Assembly (NCBI RefSeq): GCF_006345805.1
Contig: NC_042997.1
Span: 8,246,001 to 8,310,000, forward strand
Length of the DNA stretch: 64,000 bases
Origin: Octopus sinensis
Taxonomy: Eukaryota
Direction of reading: 5' to 3'
The notes beneath the pieces are model-generated. The model was not told the DNA's origin. It ran no database searches and worked only from the letters and a program-made list of their open reading frames with translations. Shown here piece by piece: positions 12,471 through 26,544 of this stretch; position 1 is the first letter of the stretch; every line of letters begins with the position of its first letter. The translations under genes were made by a program, and so were the position numbers.

Positions 12471-13930
12471 GACCAAAACATTTCATCTCACGTTGGTTAG
12501 CGATCAATTTGACACCTTGCGTGTTGTACATAGAACACCTGTTCAGGCAATGTCAATTGATTCAATGGAGGCGGGTGCGCATATATACAGCACATATATT
12601 TGATCCTCGGACTACAAGAGACTTCACTCATTCATAGGCAGTGTTAGTTAAAAACTATACACGCATTCTACATTATAGTATAGCACTGACATAGAACACT
12701 TTCAACGCGATAGCAATTTATTAATCACACAAGCTATAAAGAATACGTTAAAATATGTAACAATTGTTTATTCGCTTTACTTGAGACTCGTTAATAATGA
12801 GATCATAAGTAGTATTAGCGTAGAAGATATTTGAAGGTTTAAAAGCAGTTTCTCGTTACCTTGGTGTTAGGTTATTAACAGGTTATTTAATGGCGGATGA
12901 AATCGCAACGCAGGAATAAATGTTGACCGACCGGTTATTGTATTTTTATCTACAAAAATATAACGGCTTGGTATTTCAATCTGCCGATTAAATACAGTAT
13001 ATGGAGTGTTTGTTATAATCTGTAGACATATTGCACGGTATGGTATATACTATTTAATGCATTTCCCTAACATTGAAGGTGTGAAAACGAGGTATGAAAG
13101 AGCGTTTGTTTCTATTTTTTCTAGCGTGATCCAATATCCATACAAGTTCTTTAGTTGATTCATATACAGTGTAATTTATAGCAGTGACAAAATCAGGAGG
13201 AAATATTCGCAACAATATATCAATCTAGCGAATCACTCATTAATTATTCATTCTTATACTTTTCACTAAGACAGAAGTAACCCATAACTGGATGATCCCA
13301 AGATAAGTTGTTCCAATCATGAGCACCCCATTAAGTTTATATTGAATACTGTACTCGATTACGATTTTTTTAAAGATGCTACTTTGAAATTTGAGAGAGT
13401 TTGTGTTCTGTTATTTTCATAGGTTCAAAGACAAGAGGCCACCATATTATTCTTATTGTCACAGTGGTAATTATTATTCATGTGGGTGTTTCTGACAGGC
13501 CGCTATTATATATGTTTGTGAAACATTCTAATTTAAAATGCACGTATATTTTCTCGTGAATTACGAGTGCTTTAACTTTTCTTGACATCAAGTTCCATAC
13601 TGTATACATACTGTGTGATGTTATGCTTGCCATATCTTTTAAGTCTAGTATAACATTATTCTGTTAATCTATCTTTATTCAGAGTATCATTGTATAATAT
13701 ATTTTTCGAAGTAGCATTCTTTCTGTGGAATATTGATGTAATAATTTTTGGCTTGGTGAACAGTTTTCAGAGTTCAGTTTTTAAGTATGAACATTTAATT
13801 AAGCATTTCTTTTGGCCAAACTCCATTGCTACAGAAAAGGTGTGATTAAATCCATCAGTTTGTCAGTACTTTAAATATATCTTGCATAAATCCTAAGATC
13901 GTGTATAAAGTAACAAAGCGCAATATCTTC

Positions 13931-14143
13931 AAGGCGGCAAGCAGGTAGAATTGCTAGCACAGCGGGCAAAAAGCTTAGCGGAATTTCGTCCGTTCTTACA
14001 TTCTGAGTTCAAATTCAGCCGAGATCAATTTTATCTTCCCTCCTTTCAGGGTTAGTAATATATGATAAGAAATGGAATTGACATACTCCCCCCGCCCTAT
14101 ATACACCTAAACTGCTGACCTGGTGCTAAAATTTGAAAAACAT
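13931..14143 (+). mobile_element. SINE family A, old diverged copy
   Basis: aaggcggcaagcaggtagaattgctagcac...ttctgagttcaaattcagccgag...ctgacctggtgctaaaatttgaaa. Confidence 0.7.
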
Positions 14144-15557
14144 ATAAGTCTATGTTACTGTGGGAAGCCATAACTTAAACAGTAAACTTCCATAAAAGAA
14201 ATTATTTAGGGCCAAAATAAACAAACGCATAGAGAGATTATTCCGTTGCCTTTGAAAACTTCCATTAAATATTTATCGTGTTAGTGACCATCGTTCTATT
14301 GTCAGTCATAAGTGTCAAGATTATGGATCAGATCTTCAGTCGAGTGTCTTACCGCAATGTAACCATATAGTCACACAATTTCTGCAGGGTTTTCTTCAAC
14401 TAATACGTTTTATTGTCCCATAACATTTGCGACGTATCCACACACACCTTTCTTGCTATGTGCTTGCTCATCAGGTCTTATATCATTAGACTCGCTATAG
14501 TTTCAGAGGAATTGCTTTAGACTTGCTATAGGTTTGGAGGAATTGTTTGTATACAGATTGAACATAATGTTTAAGAAGATCTATGAGACCTATAGTTCTC
14601 CGACAAAACAGTGTTTTTGCTCTACGACATAAGGTTTGCTGGTGCTATGACAAGCCAGTCAGATATGGTAATTTGGCTTTTCATTAGCTTTTAAAATTTA
14701 TGTATCAGTGGCTTTCTTTAAGAAAAGTCAACGTTTTATGCTAGTAGCCAACTATGAAGTCTCTTCCCATTCTCGGTGTCTTCCCATTATGTAGCTTCCC
14801 TACAGCTATGGTCAAAGTGATAATGTTGATCGCCAGCCATTAAATGTTGGAAGAGTATTCTCGATTTTGTGTGTGTGTATCTGTGTGAACGTGTGAGTCT
14901 AACTATGTTGCATTCCGATTTAAAACCTCACTTTCATCTCTGGTCTTACAATAGAAGAATTTGAAATCTTCCTTGAAAGGTGCTATTTTTTGCACGATAT
15001 TTTACCCAATTCTTCCTGTAAATAGCCTGTTGATTAGTACAAATTCGTGAGTTGTATTGGCCCGTTGTAATACGTATTTCTGATTACTGAATTTTCCAAT
15101 CTGGGCATTATGTTTCGGTTTAAAAGCTATTTATTTTTCAGCAAGATGTAGTGAACAATCTTCGTACATTTTGTTAATTTTCCCATTTCCTGGTGTTATA
15201 CTCATTTCACTTACCTTTCTGTTTAAAACGCATTTAATTTCAATATTCTGCAGGGTAAATTAATTAGGGTTAATTCTCGAATCATTAAAAATCTAGGTTG
15301 CTTGTGATGTCTTCTTTCATTTCCACTTGCCGCGTGCTTTACAAATATCTCCCAGGTGTTCATTCGGAGTAACAAAAATAGGAACGGAATACAGATCGGT
15401 CTTCTCATATCTGTTTTCACAGTTTTATACAGTCTCTAGAAATTTTACGAAGAAGATTTGTCCTGAGATGAGTGAACAATCTCCCTACCCTCATCAACAA
15501 AGATCTGGCACTTAATGATAGCATACAGATGCTGGAAATATTGTTGTATATATGTAA

Positions 15558-15959
15558 GGCGGCGAGCTGGCAGATGCGTTCGCAGGCCAGGCGAAATACT
15601 TTGCGGTATTTCGTCTGCCTCTACGTTCTGAGTTCAAATTCCGCCAAGGTCGACTTTGCCTTTCATCCTTTCGGGGTCAAATAAATAAGTACCAGTTACG
15701 CACTGGGGTCGACGTAATCGACTTTATCTGTTTGTCTGTCCTTGTTTGTTTCCTCTGTGTTTAGCCCCTTGTGGGTAGCAAAGAAATAGGTATTTCCTCT
15801 GCCGCTACGTTCTGAGTTCAAATTCCGCCGAGGTCGACTTTGCCTCTCAACCTTTCCGGGTCGATAAATTAAGTACCAGTTGCGCACTGGGGTCGATCTA
15901 ATCGACTGGCTCCCTCTCCTAAAATGCCTGGCCTTACACTTAGAGCAGAAAATAATATT
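15558..15959 (+). mobile_element. SINE family A: head + 184-bp module (15605-15788) + second core with type-1 tail
   Basis: A-box-like TGGCAGATGCGTT and B-box-like GAGTTCAAATTCC; the junction aaagaaata|ggtatttc lies at 15788/15789. Confidence 0.9.
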
Positions 15960-16229
15960 GTATCGATGTATTTATTAATGTAGATAAATACACTTGTACT
16001 TACACTTCAACGTGGTAAATAAATTTTCTAATCCAAATTGAAAACACATTCTATAGAGTAAGTGAATTAGAGTAGATCTTCATAGATAATATTTTCTAGA
16101 GAATGTTTATACGAAAATAATATCACCAGAAAGCTGACATCGATTTAGCGTATATCGAAAGTAAAATCGATGATAGTGTTGATATGTATATTTTTGCAAA
16201 ACCAAATATGTGTGTGAGCTCGCGTGCGT

Positions 16230-16306
16230 GTGTGTGTGGTTGTGTGTTTAGATATTCATATATACATATACATATATAAATAGATGCAAACATAATTGTA
16301 TATATG

Positions 16307-16348
<42 letters not shown>

Positions 16349-16599
16349 TGTGTGTGTATGTGTGTATGTATATATATAAATATATATATACATAATATAT
16401 ACACACACATGCACACACACACACATATATATACAAATATATGTGAGTATATATACATGTGCGTATATATATGTATATATATGTATGTATGTATATATGT
16501 ATGTACATATACATATACTGATATACACTTGCATATGCATATATATTGATTGTGTAAAAATATATTTATATGTATATGCGTATTTGTGTATGTCTGATG

Positions 16600-16639
<40 letters not shown>

Positions 16640-16740
16640 TATACATATATATACATATATATGTGCGTATATATATATATATATACGTATATATATATAT
16701 ATGCGTGTTTGTGTGTATATATGTGTGTGCCCGCGAGCGT
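16230..16740. repeat. Compound (TA)/(CA)/(TG) microsatellite tract
   Basis: Low-complexity dinucleotide mosaic that explains ORFs 16123-16770. Confidence 0.9.
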
Positions 16741-17085
16741 AATGGGATGCGTAAATGAGAAAACAGACATCTAGCCCTATAAGAGTTAATACATATTATA
16801 AATAGTTATATTCTAATTTTCTTGAATGTGATCACAAAATAAATAGCCAAACTTTGATGAAGCAGTACAAAATACTGAAACTAGTTGGTACGAAACCCTT
16901 TCGATGTTGACATTGTCTACAATTCAGAACAACGTTAAAAGTCTGAATGAAAAATTATAGCAAGTAAGATTCTTTCGCATTTATTTGTCTATTTGTCTAT
17001 TTGTCCTTCTTACCTATCTGTGTCTTCCCAGTATAGGATGTATAAGCATACATATAAATATATATATATATATTATATATATATA

Positions 17086-17131
<46 letters not shown>

Positions 17132-17146
17132 ATACATACATATATA

Positions 17147-17204
17147 GGTGGTGCTCCAGCATGGACACAGTCAAATAACTGAAGCAAGTAGAAGAATAAA
17201 AGAA
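17147..17204 (+). mobile_element. 3' terminal fragment of a SINE B-like element
   Basis: ggtggtgctccagcatggacacagtcaaataactgaagcaagtagaagaataaaaga matches the family B tail. Similar minus-strand tail fragments occur at ~495-541 and ~7955-8006. Confidence 0.65.
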
Positions 17205-17224
17205 CAGATAAATAGGTAGATAGG

Positions 17225-17298
<74 letters not shown>

Positions 17299-17704
17299 TC
17301 ACTCAACAATGTGAATATTCTAATGTATATAGACGTGCACATCGCTCGTCTGTTTGTGCGACTCGTGACGCGAGGTAAAAGTTGCTAAGTTTGTGTTTAA
17401 AATTTATATGCAATAGTTATATATTTGTAGAGGAAACATCTTTGTATCTGCGACTGTCGATGGGCTCTTGGGGGATTTTTTTCAAGACGACAAATTAAAG
17501 TTATTTACAGATATCTTTAATTCTCTCACGTTGTTCTTTAGGTCCAGTCGGTAATTTTTGAGATATCTAAGTCAAACTTTTCGTGTTTATATCGGCGTCG
17601 TCGTCGTCGTTGCAGGCGCCAACATCATCATTATCATCGCAGCCACCACCATCATCATCATCATCATCATCATATCTTATAATAATATTATATTTATCAT
17701 TGTT

Positions 17705-17895
17705 AAGGTGGGTAGCGAGTAGAATCGTTTGCTCGTCGGGGTAACATGATTAGCTGCATCTCGTATGGCTCATTACGCTGATAACTCAAATTCTTCAGAA
17801 TTCGACTTCACCTTTCAACCTTTCGTGATTGATAAAATAAACGCCAGTTGTGCAATGGGGCTTCTGAAATCGACTGGCCCCCTCCCCAGAATTTC
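17705..17895 (+). mobile_element. SINE family A, highly diverged copy
   Basis: ttcgacttcacctttcaacctttcgtgattgataaaataaacgccagttgtgcaatggggc...tcgactggccccctcccca. Confidence 0.6.
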
Positions 17896-17997
17896 AGAAT
17901 TTCAGAATTTCATGTATGCTTTTACTATAAAAAATAATATTTAATTATATTCATCATTATATATGCATATTATTTTAATACTTATATGATATATATA

Positions 17998-18086
<89 letters not shown>

Positions 18087-20994
18087 GTATATGTATATCT
18101 GAGTATTAAAATGATATAGTTAAGTCAATTACTTTCGGAATTGGGTAGAATACACAAAATGTCTTTGCATGATACCTGCTCCTGATCACTGATTATTTAA
18201 GTGTATTGAATATACATGCATGTATATTGTTTTATTTTCTTTCGTTATTTTCTGTAAATTAAAAGAAATGTGTATGCCACCGTTTTAAATTCCTTGCAGG
18301 TTTTAGTTTCATTCAACTAAATCCCTGTACAAACAGCATTTCATTTCTCAGAATATCTATACATTATATGTAAGGTGTATAATGCAGTTAATTCAAATTG
18401 TTACACATCTCATTGCACCAAGCCCAATCAATTTATACAAGATTCCGATTTTCTTTAGTTATAAACAAAACTTCTACTACTCACTGTTTCGTAAAACTAT
18501 GCCAGTGTGATATAATTAGTCCGACCATAGAATTGCATAACTATTATTCGCTAAGAAGAGTCTCTCAAAGCTTCAGCTGTTCGCCCAACATTCTAATAAC
18601 TTTGGCAGTTCAGAATTGCATTATCTTCATTCCTTTCTCTACTTTCAATTACATACAAGATGTCACATGTATATTCCGATGATGAAAGTAGTCAGATAAA
18701 ACTCGAAACTCACTTTTGCACACCTCAACTATTTCGTTCAAACGGCAATCAAATACTGCAACCTGAGTGGATTGACACATTGACTGTGACCTTTTGTGAA
18801 CGTCGAATATTGAACAAATATTAAAGCACTCATCAAGCCATTATTATCAAAAGTTAGTTAAGCTTCGCGGTATAAAATAATGCATTGTGTCTAAAAACAT
18901 AATAAAATGCAATTAATATGTTTGATCATATGATCCGTGACCAATGAGTCGAATATCTCACCATCTACCTTTTACTCTATCGCATAGACCATTGAAAATT
19001 TGAACGCAAAATTTTTAATACTCATTGCCTTGAATTATGTGCTCTGACCTTACTGCATTATATAGAATTTTTAAAATATTTTTTTTTATATTGTTTCCTA
19101 TCCTTTTCCTTCCCTTTCAGGAATTTCACAACTGCAGGAAATAGTTTTAGCTCACTTCAGTGACCATAGTTAAAGTTTCAAAATGATATCTGTCTGTTGG
19201 ATTTTTTTTTGAGATAATCTGATAATAGTTGATAAATGGTTGGTTACTCAACTGCAGGGTTTCCTAAACAAAAGAATGGTAAAATCTGATACGCTACTTT
19301 CTAAAAGTTATATTTTTTCTTTTGTCAATCGGTAGAGCTTTATATTTACCCATTTGTTATTTGATTTCTCTTTTTTGTTTTTGTAGTTAAGAAAATATAC
19401 ATACGTCAGTGTGTGTGAGTGTGTGTGTGTGTGTCTGTCTGTTTACGTAAATGTAGACTAACAAAAACCATATTTTCAAAGGAACAGACATAAACACACA
19501 CACACACACGTATATAAATATGTATAGGCATATATATATGTATGCATATATATATATATGCTGTGTTTTCAGTATTAAAATCTAGGAAAATTCATTTTCA
19601 TTTTACCTGAATTTTCCTTTACAATCAGAAACTTTACATTATTCATTCACCCAATATTATGCTTGAAACTACAAACTTTGTGTGTTTGTGTGTGTGTATG
19701 TATGTATATGTATGCATATATATATATATGTGTGTGTGTGTATGTATATGTGTATATATATATATATGTGTGTGTGTGAATATATGTGTGTATACATATC
19801 TATATATCTTTTTACATATGCATGTACGTGCGTGCATACGTTTGTGCGTGTGTGTGTGTGTGTGTGTGTGCAGTCATCTATACACATATATATAGACGCA
19901 GTTACTGCAAATATCTCAACAGAACCTTACATTTTTATGCCAAGATTTAGAAGCCTCTTGGTCATAACCATAAAAACGAATAATACGTTGGAATGATGAA
20001 TTGTAAATATTGCGAAAACAAAAACAAGCTGAAATAGAAAAAAAAATTATTTACTATTGCCAAAATACAATGCAACAAAAACATAAAAAAAAAATTGTGA
20101 GAAAAAATTATAAAATTTTAGTAAAATAAGAGATATTGTTGAAGGGATGGTGCACAAGAGGAAACACTGAAGGGAAGTAGATGGGATGTGTGTAGGGAAA
20201 TCCCAGATTGAATGTGAAGAGACGAAATATAGGAAATGCTCTTAGATATCTGTTAAGAAATATTAGAAAATAATAGGAAGAGAGACTGTAGGTTTCAAGG
20301 GAGTTAAGTCAGTTACTTATTTCATAGATAACTGAAACATAGATATGTATAAGTATGTGTCTATAGACACACACATACGCACCACTCATACACATACACA
20401 CGACACGCATGCACAGACATATGCACATAGATTTAACATTCATATTGATAGGAATTATAAAGAAAAATAAATTAAACGAAGTAGTAAAAGTTTTTTCAAA
20501 TACAGACAAATGTAAAATAAATAACGAAATGAGTATGACTAAGCATAGTTTCTTTTTGCTTTATACTACATTACAAGGAAATCAGTAGAAGCCAAAGGAG
20601 TCAGTTGTTAAAACCTTAAGATGAAGAAATGTATGTCGAGGTTGTTTTATGAAATGATAAAGTGTAATCGAAACCATATGAAAAATAAAGCGTTATAAGT
20701 TCCTACCAGATACAGAGAGGAACGAGAGCGCTCAAAATAATATTATGCTACAATTTTTCTGGAAATTCTTATGCAACAGAAAAGAGAAAGGTGAATTTAT
20801 TAGAACTGTTTCAAGTCATGATTTTTAGATATGAGACCACATGAGCTTTGCCATACATACTAATATGCATATGTGTGTGTGCTTGTGTGTGTGTGTGTGT
20901 ATGCATGTGTATATGTGTGCGTTATGATATACATATATAATGTATGATATAACATTATTCACATGCATAATTTGTGCATAGCGAGAAAGATAAA

Positions 20995-20997
20995 TAC

Positions 20998-21044
<47 letters not shown>

Positions 21045-21085
21045 CAGAGACAGATAGACAGGGAGACAGGGAGACAGGGAGACAT

Positions 21086-21138
<53 letters not shown>

Positions 21139-21275
21139 GATAGATAGATAGATAGATAGATATGTAGATAGACAGACAGACAAATAGACAGATAGACAAA
21201 TAGACAGATAGACAAATAGACAGATAGACAGGGAGAGAGACAAACAGATAGAGAATCAGACAGACAGACAGACAT
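20995..21275. repeat. (GATA)/(GACA) compound microsatellite
   Basis: GATA runs interleaved with GACAGGGA and GACAAATA variants. Confidence 0.9.
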
Positions 21276-22744
21276 GCTTACGTGCAATTATATGTCCTTT
21301 ATCCCAGAAGTAAAGCCAGTAAAGACGCTTATATATGTGTCCGTGAATGTCAGGCAGCATCGGCTAAAACCCAACAAAAGAGAATACTTCACCGAAGTGC
21401 CACATACAGAGTAGAGTCGGAAACAATCTTTTCAGAGCACATTACTCCTGATGATGGACCATACGACATGAAATTTCTTTAAAAAAAACGTATTTCAGCA
21501 TCGACTTGGGGCAGAAATATCCGCATAACAAAATGTGGTTCGTGAGTAGAATGCTACTAATTTTGTCACGGAGTAAAGTTTCTCTTCGACTCACCACTGA
21601 TATCTCGAGTCACATTTCGAAGTTTGAGTTGTAGTTTCGGAATAAGACTTCGGAGTTAAAATCCTCTCGAATAAAAGAGACATCGAATCCCGTATTATAC
21701 CAGAGAATAGCCAAATGGTCTATTTTATCAGTCGTTGTCTTAAATTGTGATCAACATATAACTCTTCTAGTTTACTGGATGCAGTTGCTGGAGCAATATA
21801 AAGTGCCATCCAGTGCCATCCTTCTGAAAAAGTGTTCTGCAATACGTTATGATGTTAAACTTTGTCATACATTCTCACATAGAAGATTTCTATGAGACCT
21901 GTGACTTCTTCAGCGACTCTTCATCCCACATGTCCCCTGTTCTCCCATGAGACCACTATTCGTTTAATATAATTGCTTGCAAAACAAAACCAATGTTATA
22001 GACTGTCGTGAAATTTTACAACCCAGTGGTAATGAGCATCTCCTTAAAAATTTTGTGTATGGAAATTTTTATGGTCGACTGCTTCTAAACGGGCACTTTC
22101 ACTTTTCAGATTATAAATTCATATTTGTATATATAATCATTATAAAGATCGCTTGTAGTCTACATGTTTAAGTTACTGTCTGAACGTGGTTTCATGATAG
22201 CAGACAGACAGTCTAACTGGTGTTCCATAAGTTGAATTTGCAAGCGAAACAACAAAACATTCGACAAATATGTCTAGAAAAAGGATTAAAGATATATTTG
22301 TTGGTATATACATTCAAATAAGAGAAATTTGTATTTTAAGCAGTATGTTATTTACTGAAATACTTTAAAGAATTAAGAACAGATGCACGATCATCATTTT
22401 CAAGTTTGGACTACATGAGAGGAAAATATAAATGCAAAGGAATAGGTTTTATATGTTTTACCATGCGCTAATGTGTGAGTGTGTAGAATTAGCAGTAGAT
22501 AATTCAGTCCATTGCTAATCAGTGTTTCTCGAGACTTGATCGCTTAAGAGACAAAAAGGCAAACGGAGAGACGCATTGTGGGGTAATAGAGAACAAAATT
22601 TTCATTGACCAATAATATTGGGGTAGGAGGCTCCATTTTGTTGTGTATAATTTCAGTACACCTGAGTAATCCTTTGTATCTAGACAGCTATCCTACCAAT
22701 GCTGAGAGTAGCACAATCGTAACAATAGCATATTTTTATGTATG

Positions 22745-22775
<31 letters not shown>

Positions 22776-24418
22776 CAACTTTTCGGTCGAGATGCATTGA
22801 TGTGATATAGCTAATATCTTTTGTATAAATTAATTTTATTTACTAATACAATAAAGATTATTAGAAAACGAGGCACAATTACAGTTTTAATTCTCTGTCC
22901 CTAAGGTTCGTTTATATGTGATTTCGTTAAATCATTTTCTGCTATATGATTTGAATGCGTATACTGGTTATGTATAAATCCTACACTCCCTTACGAATGT
23001 TATCTTTGATATGCATGTGAGTTTTAACGATCATTGACATGAAACTGACTCTAAGCACAACCGTAGAATAATTTATTTAGGTTTAATCAATAAATCCTTT
23101 ACATATGCGTATTTCTTTTCATGTTGTGCCTCAGTCTATATTAATAAAGTCTAATGAGTTTGTTTACAAATTCAATCTGAAAGCAAATGCTAAAATTTAC
23201 GACAAACCGTATATTGAAATAAAATCAAGGTTGTTGGTGTCTAAGTTTAAAGAAGAGTTATACATTTTTAGATTGCATCTTATTTATAAGAATTATTCAA
23301 AGCACTTTACCGATAATAAAATGTACTTCAATCGTAACTGTCTCTTATTTAAGTATATCTAGGAGCAATGAGATTTGAAGAAACTACGGTGTATTTGACT
23401 GGAATTTCACTCCTCTTTTTTAAAACCTCGATGAATCAAACGCCGTATAGCAATACAGTGATGCATTGGTGTTACACTTTATTATAGCATGACTAAAAGT
23501 TTTCAGAATGTCATGCTACAAATATATGTTTATTTAGGTTGTAATACCATATCATATTCATCATCTTCATTACTTATATAAAATTGTTTTCTGACCTTTA
23601 TTTCTGACCATCTGAAACACCGTCGTTATAGAGATAAAGCTAAGCTGCTAAGTCAGTGTCATTATACACTCAGAATGTGTTATTGATTCCAATAAATATA
23701 TTTGCACATGGAAATATACAGAGAGAGCTATGTTAATGCCAAGCCATGTGTGTCTAGTTAGTTTGCTGGCTCCTTCCCTCTTTCTGTCACGAATGAAATA
23801 GCTGTAATGAAAAACAGAGACAGTATTGTAATGATAGGTGAATAGCACTGATATGTAGACGTACAGAGGATTAACGCAGGGGAAGAAAGGTAGATAGGGA
23901 CACAGGGAGAGGGAGAGAGTTAGCAAGTTTTCAACCAGTACGAGAGGTATATTTTGTTGAAAAATCAGGAAATATAAGAATAGATATAAGGGTGATCGAG
24001 GAATAGTGAAGAGATGGAAAGAGAAATCTACAGCTCTGCATTTAAGGAAGGAATTAAAAAGCTAAAGAGTTTATTATAAATGGATGAAAAAAATCTATAA
24101 TTGCGTTAAGAGAGGTAAACTGAAGAGACAGAAAATATCACAGAAGGGAATCAGGTGAATATACTGGTGAGATACTGACTGAGGTCATACAGGTAGAAAT
24201 ACACAGTACTCAAGCAAGATGAGATATTAGTAATCCAAAAGATGAAATGAAATGCAAGAAGAAATTGAAGCAAAGCTTGAAACAGGATTACGGAATAAGG
24301 ATTACTGAAAAACAAAGAGACTTTTTTTTAGATGCATACAAGCATACATACACACACAAATGCATAGATAGATGGTTTAATTGACCGAAACTTCGAAGTC
24401 ACTCTCAACACATTCTTT

Positions 24419-24825
24419 CTCTTTTACTCTTTTACTTGTTTCACTCATTTGACTGCGGCCATGCTGGAGCACCGCCTTTAGTCGAGCAAATCGACCCCGG
24501 GACTTATTCTTTGTAAGCCCAGTACTTATTCTATCGGTCACTTTTGCCGAACCGCTAAGTGACGGGGACGTAAACACACCAGCATCGGTTATCAAGCAAT
24601 GCTAGGGGGACAAACACAGACACACAATCATACACACAAATACATATATATATACATATATACGACAGGCTTCTTTCAGTTTCCGTCTACCAAATCCACT
24701 CACAAGGCATTAGTCGGCCCGAGGCTATAGCAGAAGACACTTGCCCAAGGTGCCACGCAGTGGGACTGAACCCGGAACCATGTGGTTGGTAAGCAAACTA
24801 CTTACCACATAGCCACTCCTGCGCC
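24419..24825 (-). mobile_element. tRNA-derived SINE family B, full length
   Basis: Reverse complement: ggcgcaggagtggctatgtggtaagtagtttgcttaccaaccacatggttccgggttcagtccc, an internal TA/TG microsatellite, and tail gcggtgctccagcatggccgcagtcaaatgagtgaaacaagtaaaagagtaaaagag. Confidence 0.92.
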
Positions 24826-24842
24826 TTGTTTAAGAATGATTA

Positions 24843-24987
<145 letters not shown>

Positions 24988-25369
24988 TGGTGAGAATATG
25001 TCAAAAGGCATATAATAGATACATTATATGCCTTTTGACGGATGGAAAAAATAGAATTCAACGTTAAGCGATTGTAGACGGAATCCAAGTAAACACAAGT
25101 TGTCTGTAGGAAATGTATCGACCGAGCTAATAAAAGAATAATAAAATAAAATGAGTTCTTTCCATCAAAGGATTTATAAATTAGTTATACAGAAGTAAAT
25201 ATAACAAATACAACAAAGTGGGGATGGAAAAAGAAAACCAAACAGGAAAACAGGCAAGTTCATTCTTTCACATAAGGTAGACATACTGTAGACATTTTAT
25301 TGGTTTCATCCTCTCCTTTCTTCATAATTGGAGTAGCTAGTATGTTTTTGGGTAACAATCTACTAAACA

Positions 25370-25935
25370 CAGTAACAATCTATTAAGCAACAGCTACCCA
25401 CAAAACATACTATCTACTCCAATTATGAAGAAAAGAGAGGATGAAACTAATAAACTGTCTACCTTATGTGAAAAGCCACTCCGAAAAGATACAAAAGATA
25501 TGCGGCTCATATGACATCAGGACAGTATTCAAGAGTAATACAACACTTCGCAAATATCTCCTTCGGATAAAACCACCAATAGAAGAGAATATGACCAAAA
25601 ATTGCGCGTACTCCATCCCATGCAGGGGTGATAGGTTATACAAGGGCGAGACATGGCGTCCCCTCAAAATAAGGGTAGAGGAACATCGCAAAGCTGTGAC
25701 ATGAGAAGGTATTGATAAATCGGGTATAGCTGAGCATGTGTGGAAAAATGGAGACCACCTCCCCGTGTGGGGTGAAGTTAAAATAATAGACAGAGAACAC
25801 TACTGGAAACTACGAAAACTAAAAGAAGCAGCACATATGCTAGGACACAACAATCTCCTAAGCAGGCCAAGTGCAGATATGAATAGTATATGGGAACCGG
25901 TATTAAGGAAGGATAGGAAAATATTAGATTTATAA
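25370..25935 (+). pseudogene. Penelope-like element 3' fragment: RT thumb remnant plus GIY-YIG endonuclease
   Basis: LSNSYP (NGYP-like), then CLPYV..SEKIQKICGSYDIRTVFKSNTTLR...KNCAYSIPC...YKGETWRPLKIRVEEHR, an in-frame TGA at 25702-04, and SGIAEHVW..GDH...W..VKIIDREH..K.RKLKEAAH. This is typical PLE GIY-YIG architecture. Confidence 0.88.
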
Positions 25936-25964
25936 GCCCTAAAATTCACTCCATAATTGCTCAC

Positions 25965-26030
25965 GGGCATATGGCTTAGTGGTTAAGAGCGCAGGCTACT
26001 ACCACCAAGATTCCGTGTTCGATTCCAGGC
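25965..26030 (+). other. tRNA-like (Pol III A/B box) module 30 nt downstream of the PLE stop codon
   Basis: GGGCATATGGCTTAGTGGTTAAGAGCGC...GTGTTCGATTCCAGGC has an A-box TGGCTTAGTGG and a B-box GTTCGATTCC. The acceptor and anticodon stems do not pair well, so it is not a functional tRNA. Confidence 0.7.
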
Positions 26031-26544
26031 ATAATAATAATAACAACAACAACAACATGGAATGAGAGCCCAGGTTCAAAATTCCCCCAAACAGCAAACA
26101 AGATGAGAAAAAATATCCGTCAAATATAAATAAAGTACTGTTCTTCTCTTCTGAATGTAGTCAGAGGGATTTTCAGAATGTGAAATATCTATAGAAGGCG
26201 ATTGAGGAAATGGACAGCAAATCTATCGCGAGATCAACTCGCGAGATCAATAGTACAAATGCTGAGGTTATCAAGTACGATAATGATATAATAATTGAAA
26301 TCATGGTGACATACAGGTTAGTTCACGAGACTAGAGACATTCAATGCTGATTTCATTGAAATAAGGAAAACAGTATCAAATCAGACTCCGGTAACTTCTG
26401 TGACATTTTCTTACAGTAGATCCCGAATGTGACTTTCACCATCATGTTACATCTTTATGTGTGTATATATATATATGTATATATATATGTGTGTGTATAT
26501 ATATATATACTTGTTTTTTTAAACTGCAATAATATCACAATAGA

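Noticed and set aside
16845-16900. ttgatgaagcagtacaaaatactgaaactagttggt, hammerhead-like
   Set aside because: C3 is missing and stem I does not pair; at best a decayed remnant.
19090-19180. Strong polypyrimidine acceptor tccttttccttccctttcag
   Set aside because: All three downstream frames close quickly and no matching donor was evident.
21455-21495. ctgatgatggaccatacgacatgaaa, hammerhead-like
   Set aside because: Stem II is weak and there are no complementary stem I or stem III partners.
25965-26030. tRNA gene call (also for SINE heads at 27354, 29420, 33540, 45965, 56403)
   Set aside because: A/B boxes are present but the cloverleaf stems do not pair and the sequences continue into repeat bodies; these are tRNA-derived, not tRNAs.
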